From positions 69,526 to 133,525 of the forward strand of contig JBGSXK010000217.1 of assembly GCA_041751455.1 (NCBI GenBank): a stretch of DNA of 64,000 nucleotides, in the 5' to 3' direction. Positions within the stretch are counted from its first letter, which is position 1, and every line of letters starts with the position of its first letter. Below are positions 38,289 through 47,550 of the stretch, piece after piece. Position numbers and translations under genes: made by a program. The notes under the pieces were generated by a model that was given only the letters and a program-made list of their open reading frames with translations, ran no database searches and was not told where the DNA came from. The DNA is from Anaerolineae bacterium. GTDB lineage: Bacteria > Chloroflexota > Anaerolineae > Aggregatilineales > Phototrophicaceae.

Positions 38289-39716
38289 ATGGAAGCTCAG
38301 AATACCTCTAAAAATTCAGTCAGTCGTCGTGACTTTATGAAAGTCGCAGGGGCTGCCGCGGCCAGCGGCCTGCTCGCCACCCACCTCTCCGCCTTCACAG
38401 GCCGCAGCACCGCCAGGGCACAGGCCGAGGCAGAAGTCAGCTTTATGATCCATGGCGGAGAGCTGTCTGAAGAAGAAATCCAGGTCTTCCACGATGAGAA
38501 CCCTGGTATTACCCTCACCCGGCTGGATGTAGACCAGACAACCCTGTTTGCCCGTATGGCCGCAGGCGATGCCCCCGACATCTGGCGCTTGCAATACCCT
38601 GAGTTCCCGCAGCTTCTCGCCCGTAATCTGGTGCTGAATTTGCAGTCGTTCTTCGAGGCCAGTGCCCTCCTCAAGCTGGATGATCTGGTAGAGCCGAATA
38701 ATTTCTACAAGGCGACCGATGCCTTTAACATCGGCGAAGGCCCCATCTATGGCATGATTAAGGACTGGTCGCCGGATATGACCGTCTTCGTGAACGATGG
38801 CCTGTTTGAGGCCGCCGGGGTCGACCCTGTCCCGCAGGATGCGCCTCTTAGCTACCAGGAATACGCCGATCTGGCAGCGCAGGTCACTCAGACCGAGGGC
38901 GAGCGTGTCAACGTAGTCGGTTATTTCTTTAACCAGGGTTGGATTGATCGTTACTGGGCGGCTTGGCTCATCCCCTTGGGGCAGGGTTTGTTCTCAGAGG
39001 ATTTCCGCACGGCCAATATCGTCAACAACGAAGAAGCGCGCGCGATGGTCAAATGGCATCTGGACATGGCGCAGGATAAAGTCGCCTTTAGCCCGTTGGT
39101 GCAGTCAAGCGCCTGGGCCGGTCCAGACTTTATCAATCAGTCTGTGGCTATGGTGCAGTTTGGCTACTGGTTTAGCGCCTTCCTGCGCATCAATGCGCTC
39201 AATGTCACCGGCGATGATCTGACCCCGGCCATTGAGTCCTTCCAGGAACTTATGGACAGTGGCAAGATTCGCATGGTGCCCGCGCCGTCCTGGGGTGGTG
39301 AGTGGAGTTCCCCCACGATCACCGCGACAGCCGCCGTCATCTACAGAGAAACCGCTAACCCTGACGAGGCTTTCCGTGTCTTCGAGTATTATAATGCCGA
39401 ACTGCCCGCTATCAATCGTGCCGATCTCGGCTGGGGCATCCCCGCGCTGAGGTCCATGTTCGACCGCCTGCCCAAAGATGGCACCTACGGCCAGTTGATG
39501 TGGAACGCGCTGGAAAACGAACTGCCCCACACCGGCACCATTATCCCGGCCAATCCTTACCTGCCCGGCGGCGAGCCGGGGGCGATGGGTCAGGCTTTCC
39601 TGGGCAAATGGGAAGAATACCTGAATGGCAACCTGTCCTTCGATGATCTGCTCGTACAGATTGAAGAGGATACCAACGACATTATCGAAACCAACGCTTT
39701 CGATATGGGCATGTAA
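38289..39716 (+). CDS. Extracellular solute-binding protein of a CUT1-type sugar ABC transporter (Tat signal)
   Basis: Twin-arginine signal SRRDFMKVAGAAAASG. Family-1 SBP length. TTG 38226 is a longer alternative start. Confidence 0.8.
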   Translation: MEAQNTSKNSVSRRDFMKVAGAAAASGLLATHLSAFTGRSTARAQAEAEVSFMIHGGELSEEEIQVFHDENPGITLTRLDVDQTTLFARMAAGDAPDIWRLQYPEFPQLLARNLVLNLQSFFEASALLKLDDLVEPNNFYKATDAFNIGEGPIYGMIKDWSPDMTVFVNDGLFEAAGVDPVPQDAPLSYQEYADLAAQVTQTEGERVNVVGYFFNQGWIDRYWAAWLIPLGQGLFSEDFRTANIVNNEEARAMVKWHLDMAQDKVAFSPLVQSSAWAGPDFINQSVAMVQFGYWFSAFLRINALNVTGDDLTPAIESFQELMDSGKIRMVPAPSWGGEWSSPTITATAAVIYRETANPDEAFRVFEYYNAELPAINRADLGWGIPALRSMFDRLPKDGTYGQLMWNALENELPHTGTIIPANPYLPGGEPGAMGQAFLGKWEEYLNGNLSFDDLLVQIEEDTNDIIETNAFDMGM

Positions 39717-39723
39717 AAATCTT

Positions 39724-39755
39724 ATTCAGGGGCATGATGTATCATGCCCCTGAAT
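39724..39755 (+). promoter_or_regulatory. Strong intercistronic stem-loop after the SBP gene
   Basis: The 15-nt arms ATTCAGGGGCATGAT (39724-39738) and ATCATGCCCCTGAAT (39741-39755) are perfectly complementary. No adjacent T-tract. Confidence 0.6.
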
Positions 39756-39797
39756 CACATCCTCAATTTTTGGCAAAAGTATTGATGAGGAAACCGC

Positions 39798-40769
39798 ATG
39801 GCTGCTGAAGCACCCTCTCCCGCTGCGGCTCGTGTTGTGGTTACAGAACGAAGATATCTTTCCCGTCAGACACGACGCACAATCGCTTTTTATACCTTTA
39901 TCGCCCCCTGGTTAGCAGGCTTTCTTCTGCTGGGGCTGGGGCCAATGCTGATCGGCTTCCTGGCTTCGTTGACCAATTACAACGGCGTAAACCTCGATAC
40001 CCTCCAATTTGTTGGCCTGCGCAATTATGAGCGCATTTTTACGGCAGACCGTGATCTGGGGCTGGCGGTGAGCCGGACTATCTTATGGACCATGCTTAAC
40101 GTCCCCATCTGGCTGGTCGCTTCGTTTATACTCGCCTTGATTCTCGACCAGGCAGTACGGGCCCGCGGCTTCTTCCGCACCGTGTTTTATCTGCCCAGCA
40201 TCCTCCCCATCGTGGCGATTGTCTGGGCGTGGCGCGTCATGCTCGGCCAGAACAACGGCCTGCTCAATGGCATTCTAAGCATCACACGTGGGGCACCTGT
40301 CGCCGAAATCTGGCTGGGTGGCAATAATGCCATTTACTCGCTGACAGTCATTTCGGTCTGGGCCGGGTTGGGCAGCGGGATGATTATCTTCCTTGCAGGT
40401 TTGCAGGGCATCCCGGAATCGCTCAAGGAGGCAGCGCGCATCGATGGCGCGGGCGCGTGGCGTGTCATTCGCCATGTCACCATGCCGCTCATGACCCCGG
40501 TGATTTTCTTCCAGTTGATTCTGTCAATTATCGGCTCATTGCAGCAGTTCACCATTCCCATGATCCTGGCGGGGGGCCAGCTAGGCAGCCGTCCCCCAGA
40601 TTCCACCTACCTCTACATGATCCATGTCAACTTGCAGACATTCGCCAGCCAGCGCTTTGGTTATGGTATGGCGCTCATCTGGGTGATGTTCGTGGTCATC
40701 ATCCTGCTGACAGTGATCGTGTTCTGGACAGCGCGCTATTGGGTCTATTACGAAGCAGACATTAAGTAA
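39798..40769 (+). CDS. Sugar ABC transporter permease (MalF/BPD_transp_1)
   Basis: Six-TM pattern and the EAA loop LKEAARIDGAGAWRVIRHVTMPL. Confidence 0.85.
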   Translation: MAAEAPSPAAARVVVTERRYLSRQTRRTIAFYTFIAPWLAGFLLLGLGPMLIGFLASLTNYNGVNLDTLQFVGLRNYERIFTADRDLGLAVSRTILWTMLNVPIWLVASFILALILDQAVRARGFFRTVFYLPSILPIVAIVWAWRVMLGQNNGLLNGILSITRGAPVAEIWLGGNNAIYSLTVISVWAGLGSGMIIFLAGLQGIPESLKEAARIDGAGAWRVIRHVTMPLMTPVIFFQLILSIIGSLQQFTIPMILAGGQLGSRPPDSTYLYMIHVNLQTFASQRFGYGMALIWVMFVVIILLTVIVFWTARYWVYYEADIK

Positions 40770-40787
40770 GGAAGAGGATTAAAACAG

Positions 40788-41672
40788 ATGGCTACAGAAA
40801 TCGCTTCAGCCCCACCCGATCAGGCTGCCGCCCATCAGGTGCATCCTCACCAGCGTGAGCGGCTGGCCTTGTCCTACGTGGTGCTCATAATCACGACAAT
40901 CTTCCTGCTGCTGCCCATTGTCTGGCTCGTGCTGGCCTCCTTTAAGAGTGACGTTGAACTGTCAGCGTTTCCGATCAAAGTGCTGCCAGAAGTATGGCGG
41001 GTGCAGAATTACATCGATGCCGTGACCATGATTGACTTCCCGCGTTACGCGGGTAATTCCGTCGTCCTGGCCACCACCAATGCCAGCCTCACAGTTATCA
41101 CCAGCGCGCTGGTGGGCTTTGCCTTTGCGCGCATCGAAGCGCCTGGACGTGGGCGTTTGTTCGGGCTGGTGGTGGCCTTGCTGATGGTTCCTGCCGTGGT
41201 CTATGTCATCCCGCAGTATGTCGTTTTCGCCCGCATAGGCCTCGTCCGTACCTGGTGGCCGTGGGTGTTGTGGGGCATCTCTGCCAGCCCGTTCCACATC
41301 TTCCTTTTTCGCCAGTTCTTCAGCGCCTTCCCCAAAGAGCTGGAAGACGCGGCAGAGGTGGACGGATGCAGCCTGTTCCGCATCTGGTGGCAGATTTTCC
41401 TGCCCAACGCCAAACCCGCGATGGCAGTATCGTTCATCCTGGCCTTTGTCTGGGTCTGGGGAGATTGGTTTTCCCCCCTGCTCTACCTGACCGATGCCAA
41501 CACCACCCTGGCCGTCAAACTGGCCAATGCCTATGTCGATCCTTTCGGCAATCCTTTGATTACGGTCACACTGGCCGCCAGTATCTTGTATGCCCTTCCG
41601 CTGATAGTGATGTTTTTTATCGGCCAGCGTTATATACTTGAGGGCGTTGTTACCACAGGCTTGAAGGGTTAA
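40788..41672 (+). CDS. Sugar ABC transporter permease (MalG-like)
   Basis: EAA loop LEDAAEVDGCSLFRIWWQIFLP. Confidence 0.85.
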   Translation: MATEIASAPPDQAAAHQVHPHQRERLALSYVVLIITTIFLLLPIVWLVLASFKSDVELSAFPIKVLPEVWRVQNYIDAVTMIDFPRYAGNSVVLATTNASLTVITSALVGFAFARIEAPGRGRLFGLVVALLMVPAVVYVIPQYVVFARIGLVRTWWPWVLWGISASPFHIFLFRQFFSAFPKELEDAAEVDGCSLFRIWWQIFLPNAKPAMAVSFILAFVWVWGDWFSPLLYLTDANTTLAVKLANAYVDPFGNPLITVTLAASILYALPLIVMFFIGQRYILEGVVTTGLKG

Positions 41673-41673
41673 G

Positions 41674-43311
41674 ATGACCAGAAAAAAATTGCAGCGGGTC
41701 GTATTTCAGCCACAGACTCACCGTGCCATCCAGCGCGGCGTGAACCAGCTTGTCGATGCCATCCGCCCCACATTGGGGCCACAGCCCCGCAGCGTGGCGA
41801 TTGCCCCCTTTTCTAGCCAGCAAAAACCGGAACTGCTGGATAAAGGTGGCGTGATCGCCCGCCGCATTATCCAGCTTCCAGACCGTGACGAAGATGTCGG
41901 CGCGATGTTCCTGCGGCAGATGTTATGGAAGCAGCAGGAAATGATCGGTGATGGCACAGCGACAGCCGCAGTGCTGTTTCAGGCGGTGTTTGATGCCAGC
42001 CTCAGATATATTGCCGCCGGGGGCAATGCCATGCGCCTGCGCCAGCATCTGGAACAGGGGCAGCGGTTGGTGCTGGAGCAACTGAATACGATGACTCTGC
42101 CTGTCATGGGCCGGAAGGGGTTAGAGAAGGTAGCCCGTTCCACCTGCTATGATCCTGATCTGGCAAAATTAATGGGCGAGATTTTTGATATTATCGGTGA
42201 ACACGGTCAGCTTGATATTCAATCTGGCCGCCGCCGGGGGCTGGAACGCGAGTATGTGGAGGGCAGCTTCTGGCAGAGCGGCCTGCTCTCCCGTCACCTG
42301 CTGGACGAAAACCCCAGCAAAGAAGTGATTCTGCAAAACCCGGTCGTACTCATCAGCGACTTCGAGATTCAGGAACCCGCCGAGCTTGTCCCCACACTCA
42401 AGGCCGCCCTCCAGAGCGGCGCAAAGGCGTTGATTCTGGTGGTTGGCAAAGTCTCGGACAAAGTACAGGCGTTCCTGCTGGCAAATAATAAACCGGATAA
42501 ATTCCAGGTGATCGCCGTAAAAACACCCGGCTCAACCATCGAGGATCAGGCTGCCGCGCTCAATGATCTGTCGGTGCTGACCGGGGGACGGCCTTTCTTC
42601 AAGCTCAGTGGCGAAACGCTGGACAATGTGCGGGCGGGTGATCTGGGCGCGGTGCGTACCGGCTGGGCCAACCGCATCAACTTTGGCGTTCGCGGCGGCA
42701 AGGGTGATGCCCGTCAGCTTCGCCGCCACATCCAGCAGTTACGCCAGGGTTTCCAGCAGGCCGACGAAACCCAGATGCGCGACAAATTTCAGCAGCGCAT
42801 CGGCAAGCTCTTAGGTGGCTCTGCTACCCTCTGGATCGGCGCGGCCACCGAGCTGGAGCTTAAAGCACGCAAGGAAACCGCCCGCCAGACCGCCAGTGCG
42901 GTGCGCGGTGCAGTCATGGAAGGCGTACTTCCCGGCGGCGGAATCGCGCTTTATCACTGCGCGCAGACACTCGCTGCCCGTCAGTCCGAGTCAAACAGTG
43001 AAGATGAACGCGCCGCCTATGGCATTCTGGCGCAGGCGCTCCAAGCTCCGCTGCGCACCATCCTTGCCAATGCCGGCTATGACCCCAGCGAGGTCATCGG
43101 CCAGTTAGAGGGCTGTGCTCATGCGGGATGGTATGGCTTTGATCTGGAAACCGCCCAGGTGGTGGATGTGGTCGAAGCCGGCATCCTGGATGTGGCCGCG
43201 GTGCAGAAAACCGCCGTCCGCAACGCCATCTCCAGTGCCGCGCTGGCGCTCACCATCGATGTGCTGATTCATCGCCCGCGGCAGCAGTCCGCCCCCAACC
43301 TGAATCCATAA
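41674..43311 (+). CDS. Divergent GroEL/Cpn60-family protein
   Basis: Collinear by eye with GroEL: RGVNQLVDAIRPTLGP, GDGTATAAVL (GroEL has GDGTTTATVL), AVMEGVLPGGGIAL, and GILDVAAVQKTAVRNAISSAALAL. There is no GGM tail. The ATG lies 1 nt after the permease stop. Confidence 0.75.
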   Translation: MTRKKLQRVVFQPQTHRAIQRGVNQLVDAIRPTLGPQPRSVAIAPFSSQQKPELLDKGGVIARRIIQLPDRDEDVGAMFLRQMLWKQQEMIGDGTATAAVLFQAVFDASLRYIAAGGNAMRLRQHLEQGQRLVLEQLNTMTLPVMGRKGLEKVARSTCYDPDLAKLMGEIFDIIGEHGQLDIQSGRRRGLEREYVEGSFWQSGLLSRHLLDENPSKEVILQNPVVLISDFEIQEPAELVPTLKAALQSGAKALILVVGKVSDKVQAFLLANNKPDKFQVIAVKTPGSTIEDQAAALNDLSVLTGGRPFFKLSGETLDNVRAGDLGAVRTGWANRINFGVRGGKGDARQLRRHIQQLRQGFQQADETQMRDKFQQRIGKLLGGSATLWIGAATELELKARKETARQTASAVRGAVMEGVLPGGGIALYHCAQTLAARQSESNSEDERAAYGILAQALQAPLRTILANAGYDPSEVIGQLEGCAHAGWYGFDLETAQVVDVVEAGILDVAAVQKTAVRNAISSAALALTIDVLIHRPRQQSAPNLNP

Positions 43312-43336
43312 GGGCAGGCTGTAATTTAACCTGCCC
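43312..43336. terminator. Bidirectional hairpin between convergent operons
   Basis: GGGCAGG (43312-43318) pairs with CCTGCCC (43330-43336) around an 11-nt AT-rich loop. Confidence 0.55.
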
Positions 43337-43341
43337 CTGTC

Positions 43342-45624
43342 TCAGTTTACAGCTTCTCCATAACAGCGCACCGCAAAAACAGCAGCAGGCGCGTTGCCAT
43401 GAACAGCCAGCACTTCAATCGTAAGCTGCCGGGTGGTCACGGGCTGGTCGAGCGTAATGTAATGATGCGTCTGGTGATTATCCGTGCGCTCGGCGATCAC
43501 CCGCCCAGCCTCGTCCAGTACCCTGTAATGCTTCACGCAGAACGGCATCGCGTCTTCAGGATGCCCCAGCAGTACCGACTCCATCGGATGATCGTAATCG
43601 GTATCAAAACTCAGGTCAATTTCGGCAATGGTTTGCGGTGTGTCCCATGTCATTTGGAGCATGGGCGCGCCATCTGCAAAATCTGCTGCCCAGGCATTGG
43701 GCTGGTCAGTCGGGCGCGCAAGCCCGTTAGCAATATGTTCCGGCCCGAAAACCGCCAGCGGTGGCGTAATCGTCATCGCAAAATTATGTCCACCCGGTCG
43801 CCGTTGTGGGCACCACATCTCAAAGACCTCCACGCCAATATCATGATCAGGCTTTTGCAGGCGCTCATAACGCACACTCACAATGCCCGTCACACGCTGC
43901 TCACTGCATCGCACCTGTACCTGCTCGTTTGCCATCAGGCAGTAGAAGACATATCGCGCTGCATCAATCTCCACATCAAAATCAGCGGTGATGTTCTGCC
44001 CTGCCCCGGCAGCCAGCTCAACGGTCCTGCTGGCCAGGATCACATCAGGCGTGTGATTGTCCGGGCGGTCACTGGTGCGCAGTTGCAGTTCCAGCGTGGT
44101 CGGCGTGGCAGCATCCACTGTAAAAGTCACAGCGGGCGCTCGGCCTGCCGCCACCGGGAGCATCTGCGCCCACGAGCGTTCCAGCCTGCACAGCGGGCCA
44201 TCCGACGGCAGCCCGCCCAGCTTCAGCGTACTGCTGGCGCTGATGCTGGCCTGCTGCACCAGATCATCGGGATCATCCAGCGTCATGCCGGGAATATGCT
44301 GCCCCCGGCGCATCAGGCTGCGTTGAAGCGCCTGTATTCGCTTTGGCTCGCTCATCTGCGCGGGCTGCAAGCCCTCGCGGATGCAGATCGCCGCCGCCAT
44401 GCCTACCGCCTGCGCCGCATTGGCCAGCGTGGCCATCACGCGCGTGGAGCCAAACGCGACATGTGAGGCGCTGATAATACGTCCGGCCAGAAACAGATTA
44501 TCAATATTGCGGCTGTACATCATGCTGTAGGGCATCTGATACACACCGCGTGCGTGCCACTGGTCACAGCCCGGCTTTTCGCTGAAGACCCCGTCCGCCG
44601 GGTGCAGGTCAATCGACCAGCCGCCGAAGGCTACCGCGTCATCATGCGAATGCTGCTCTACGATATCCTGCTGTGTCAGCATACACGGCGCTTCAAAGCG
44701 CCGGCTTTCGCGTTTGCCCGGCACATGCCCCACCCATTCCAGCGTCAGGTTTTCCGCATCGGGGAACTTGCCCGAATTTTTGATGTAATTCCACACCCCG
44801 TAAACGACCTTCCACAGCTCCCATTTAATGATCTCGGTATCATGCACCGTGTCCAGCCGCCCACCGTATTCAATCCACCACAGGCGGCAGCCATAAGTAT
44901 TGGCATCAAAGCTGCGGAAGCGTGGAATCTGCGTGATGTCGTCCAGCGCGTAACTCGGCGGAATAAACTTGACCGGCTTGCCCACGTCCTTACTGTAAAA
45001 GTAGATCGAGTGACCAAGCAGGTAGCCGTAATCCTCTGTCGGTGCGAATTTCTCGCCGAATTCCTCGCTGCTCTCCGCGCCCATCCGAAAAGCCGCGCCG
45101 GAGAGAAATGCTACCGCGCCATCACCTGTGGCATCACAGAACAATGGCGCGGCCAGGGTGTACAGGGTGGAATTCTGGCTGCAAAATGCCTCTACCTCGC
45201 TGATCGTGTCGCGGTCAGCTTTCGTCACTTCGTAAACCGAGGTATTCAGCAGCAGCCGGATATTGGGTTCTTCCACCACTTTTTCCAGCAGAATGGTGTC
45301 ATAAATCAGCCCGTTGCCATCAGGGTTGCGGTACATATTCTCAACGAGAATCTCGTCCATCACCCCGCCCTCGCGTGCCCAGCGGTTGTTATTGTGCATA
45401 TGCGCCGTCGCGCCCAGCACCCACAGGCGCACCTCACTGGACGAATTACCCCCCAGCACCGGGCGATCCTGCACCAGCCCCACCCGAATCCCGGCCCGCG
45501 CGGCGGTGATTGCGCAGCACGTCCCCGCCAGTCCGCCGCCTGTCACCACCAGGTCACATTCAATGCGCTCGCGCTTAAACGCTCGGCGCTCTGCGGCAGG
45601 TTCACTCAACATTGATGTCATCAT
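43342..45624 (-). CDS. FAD-dependent oxidoreductase with a C-terminal discoidin/galactose-binding-like domain
   Basis: Dinucleotide fold DLVVTGGGLAGTCCAITAARAG. The long catalytic region resembles the FAD_oxidored family. The C-terminal ~150 aa form a beta-sandwich-like tail. Confidence 0.7.
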   Translation of the reverse strand: MMTSMLSEPAAERRAFKRERIECDLVVTGGGLAGTCCAITAARAGIRVGLVQDRPVLGGNSSSEVRLWVLGATAHMHNNNRWAREGGVMDEILVENMYRNPDGNGLIYDTILLEKVVEEPNIRLLLNTSVYEVTKADRDTISEVEAFCSQNSTLYTLAAPLFCDATGDGAVAFLSGAAFRMGAESSEEFGEKFAPTEDYGYLLGHSIYFYSKDVGKPVKFIPPSYALDDITQIPRFRSFDANTYGCRLWWIEYGGRLDTVHDTEIIKWELWKVVYGVWNYIKNSGKFPDAENLTLEWVGHVPGKRESRRFEAPCMLTQQDIVEQHSHDDAVAFGGWSIDLHPADGVFSEKPGCDQWHARGVYQMPYSMMYSRNIDNLFLAGRIISASHVAFGSTRVMATLANAAQAVGMAAAICIREGLQPAQMSEPKRIQALQRSLMRRGQHIPGMTLDDPDDLVQQASISASSTLKLGGLPSDGPLCRLERSWAQMLPVAAGRAPAVTFTVDAATPTTLELQLRTSDRPDNHTPDVILASRTVELAAGAGQNITADFDVEIDAARYVFYCLMANEQVQVRCSEQRVTGIVSVRYERLQKPDHDIGVEVFEMWCPQRRPGGHNFAMTITPPLAVFGPEHIANGLARPTDQPNAWAADFADGAPMLQMTWDTPQTIAEIDLSFDTDYDHPMESVLLGHPEDAMPFCVKHYRVLDEAGRVIAERTDNHQTHHYITLDQPVTTRQLTIEVLAVHGNAPAAVFAVRCYGEAVN

Positions 45625-45687
45625 TCAGTCCCTTTGGCTTTGCGCCCTTCTCCCCCTGTGGCAGAAGGGTTGCAGGTCAGTCCGAAG

Positions 45688-46545
45688 CTATGCCCCCAGC
45701 CGATCCGCTAACACCCCATGCTCCTTGCACCAGTCATTGATCGGATTCCAACCACCATTAGGCTGGAACTCTGCTTTGCCGTCCACATTTTCGCCCACCA
45801 GAAAGCGCTGTAGCATGTCCATCTTTTCCAGCACCTCCGGCGGCTGTTGCAGATAATCCATCGGCTTTAGCCAGCGATAATGATAACCCACCATCACCGC
45901 TTTACGGGTGAGGCCGCGCAGGTTCGCCCCGCCCGCGTGCCATGTGCGATACTCAAAAATCACACAGTCACCGGGGTTCAGCAGCGGCTCAACCGCGTTT
46001 TCCGGGTCGGCCTTCCCTTCCGGGATAGCAATCCTCTCCTTTAAGAGATGACTTCCGGGAGCCATCAGCGTAGCGCCGGAACTCGGTTCGCTCAGGTCAG
46101 TCAGGTAAAACGCGCACTTCAGCCCCATACGCGGGTAATTCTGGTCGCCCAGGTCCATCTTGGTACGCCCGTTATCCCGGTGCCAGCCAGGGAGCCGCTG
46201 CGTTGGCGGGGTGCCCGGTTTATCCGCCCAGCGGTAAATCAGATGGCTCGTCGAAACCTGTAAGTTCGACCCAAGCAGTTGAATCACAATCGGCAGCGTC
46301 GCCGGGTGCGTCACCAGCGGCCTGAATACAGCATCCATGCCGATCACATTACGAAAGCCATCGTACAAACCCGGTACTTCCTGCTGGCGGTTCTCGCGGA
46401 TGTCGGTGGCAATCAACCGGTCACCCACCTCCACCAGTTGCTCAATCGTGTCACTGTCCAGTACATTCCGCAGAATCAGATAACCTTCTTCATCAAACTG
46501 CCTGCGTTGTGTTTCGCTCAGGGGTGTAAAAGGTAAAGCAGTCAT
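45688..46545 (-). CDS. Phytanoyl-CoA dioxygenase (PhyH) family Fe(II)/2-oxoglutarate oxygenase
   Basis: GYLILRNVL..., HxD in GWHRDNG, distal His in WHAGGAN. ATG 46545 lies 5 nt after GAGGA. Confidence 0.75.
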   Translation of the reverse strand: MTALPFTPLSETQRRQFDEEGYLILRNVLDSDTIEQLVEVGDRLIATDIRENRQQEVPGLYDGFRNVIGMDAVFRPLVTHPATLPIVIQLLGSNLQVSTSHLIYRWADKPGTPPTQRLPGWHRDNGRTKMDLGDQNYPRMGLKCAFYLTDLSEPSSGATLMAPGSHLLKERIAIPEGKADPENAVEPLLNPGDCVIFEYRTWHAGGANLRGLTRKAVMVGYHYRWLKPMDYLQQPPEVLEKMDMLQRFLVGENVDGKAEFQPNGGWNPINDWCKEHGVLADRLGA

Positions 46546-46650
46546 TTTGTCCTCACTGTTCTGGTCATACGTGCCAGCCATCAAAGCTCAGCACCATTCT
46601 GTAAAAGGTTAACTTCTGAGCATTCACGTCCGCGAATGTTCAGATACCCT

Positions 46651-47538
46651 CTAGCCCTTCAGCCCACTCAGCGTCACGCCCTGCACAAACTGCCGCTGGA
46701 ACACAGCAAACACCACCAGCACCGGTAAGACCATCAGCACAGTGGCCGCCATCAGTTCGTTATAAAGCGACCCCTGCCCCGGCAGCCCCTGGAACTTATA
46801 CAGGCCAATCGCCAGGGTATGCAGGCGCTCATCTTTCAGATACAGCAGCGGCCCCAGGAAATCATTCCAGTGGCTCTGAAACGACAGAATCGCCACCACG
46901 ATAATCGCGGGCTTGGCCAGGGGCAGCATAATCCGCCACCAGATCATGAATTCCCCCGCGCCGTCAATCTTGGCCGCGTCCAGCAGTTCTTCAGGGATAG
47001 TCATAAAGAACTGGCGCAGCAGGAAAATATAAAACGCATTACCGAAGAAATGCGGCACGATCAGTGGATTAAACGTATTCACCCACCCAATCATGTTATA
47101 GCCGATGTACAGCGGCACCATCGTCACGGCGAAGGGCAGCATCAGGGTACCCAGCAGCACCATAAACAGCAGGTCGCGTCCAGGGAAACGAAAGCGCGCG
47201 AACCCATAAGCCACCAGTGTACACGACAGCAGATCGCCCACCATCGACAGGCCGGTGACGACAGCCGTATTACGGAAGCTCTGTGCGAAATTCCAGAAAT
47301 ACAGCGCTTTGGTGTAATTCTCGATCAGTATTGGGTTGGGAAACCAGTCCGGCGGGTATTTACCAATCTGCTCCAGTGGCATCAGTGACATGGAAAACAT
47401 AAAGAGCAGTGGCACGACAAAAATCAGGCTCAGGCCGATGATCGCCAGGTAGATCAGCGCTTTGCCGAAGTAAAACCGGAGGCGCAGCCAGCGGTCATCA
47501 TAACGAAATGCGTAGGGCTTGGGTGCAGCAGCGCTCAT
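46651..47538 (-). CDS. Sugar ABC transporter permease (MalG-like)
   Basis: EAA loop LLDAAKIDGAGEFMIWWRIMLPL. Confidence 0.85.
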   Translation of the reverse strand: MSAAAPKPYAFRYDDRWLRLRFYFGKALIYLAIIGLSLIFVVPLLFMFSMSLMPLEQIGKYPPDWFPNPILIENYTKALYFWNFAQSFRNTAVVTGLSMVGDLLSCTLVAYGFARFRFPGRDLLFMVLLGTLMLPFAVTMVPLYIGYNMIGWVNTFNPLIVPHFFGNAFYIFLLRQFFMTIPEELLDAAKIDGAGEFMIWWRIMLPLAKPAIIVVAILSFQSHWNDFLGPLLYLKDERLHTLAIGLYKFQGLPGQGSLYNELMAATVLMVLPVLVVFAVFQRQFVQGVTLSGLKG

Positions 47539-47550
47539 AATCTCTGCCTC

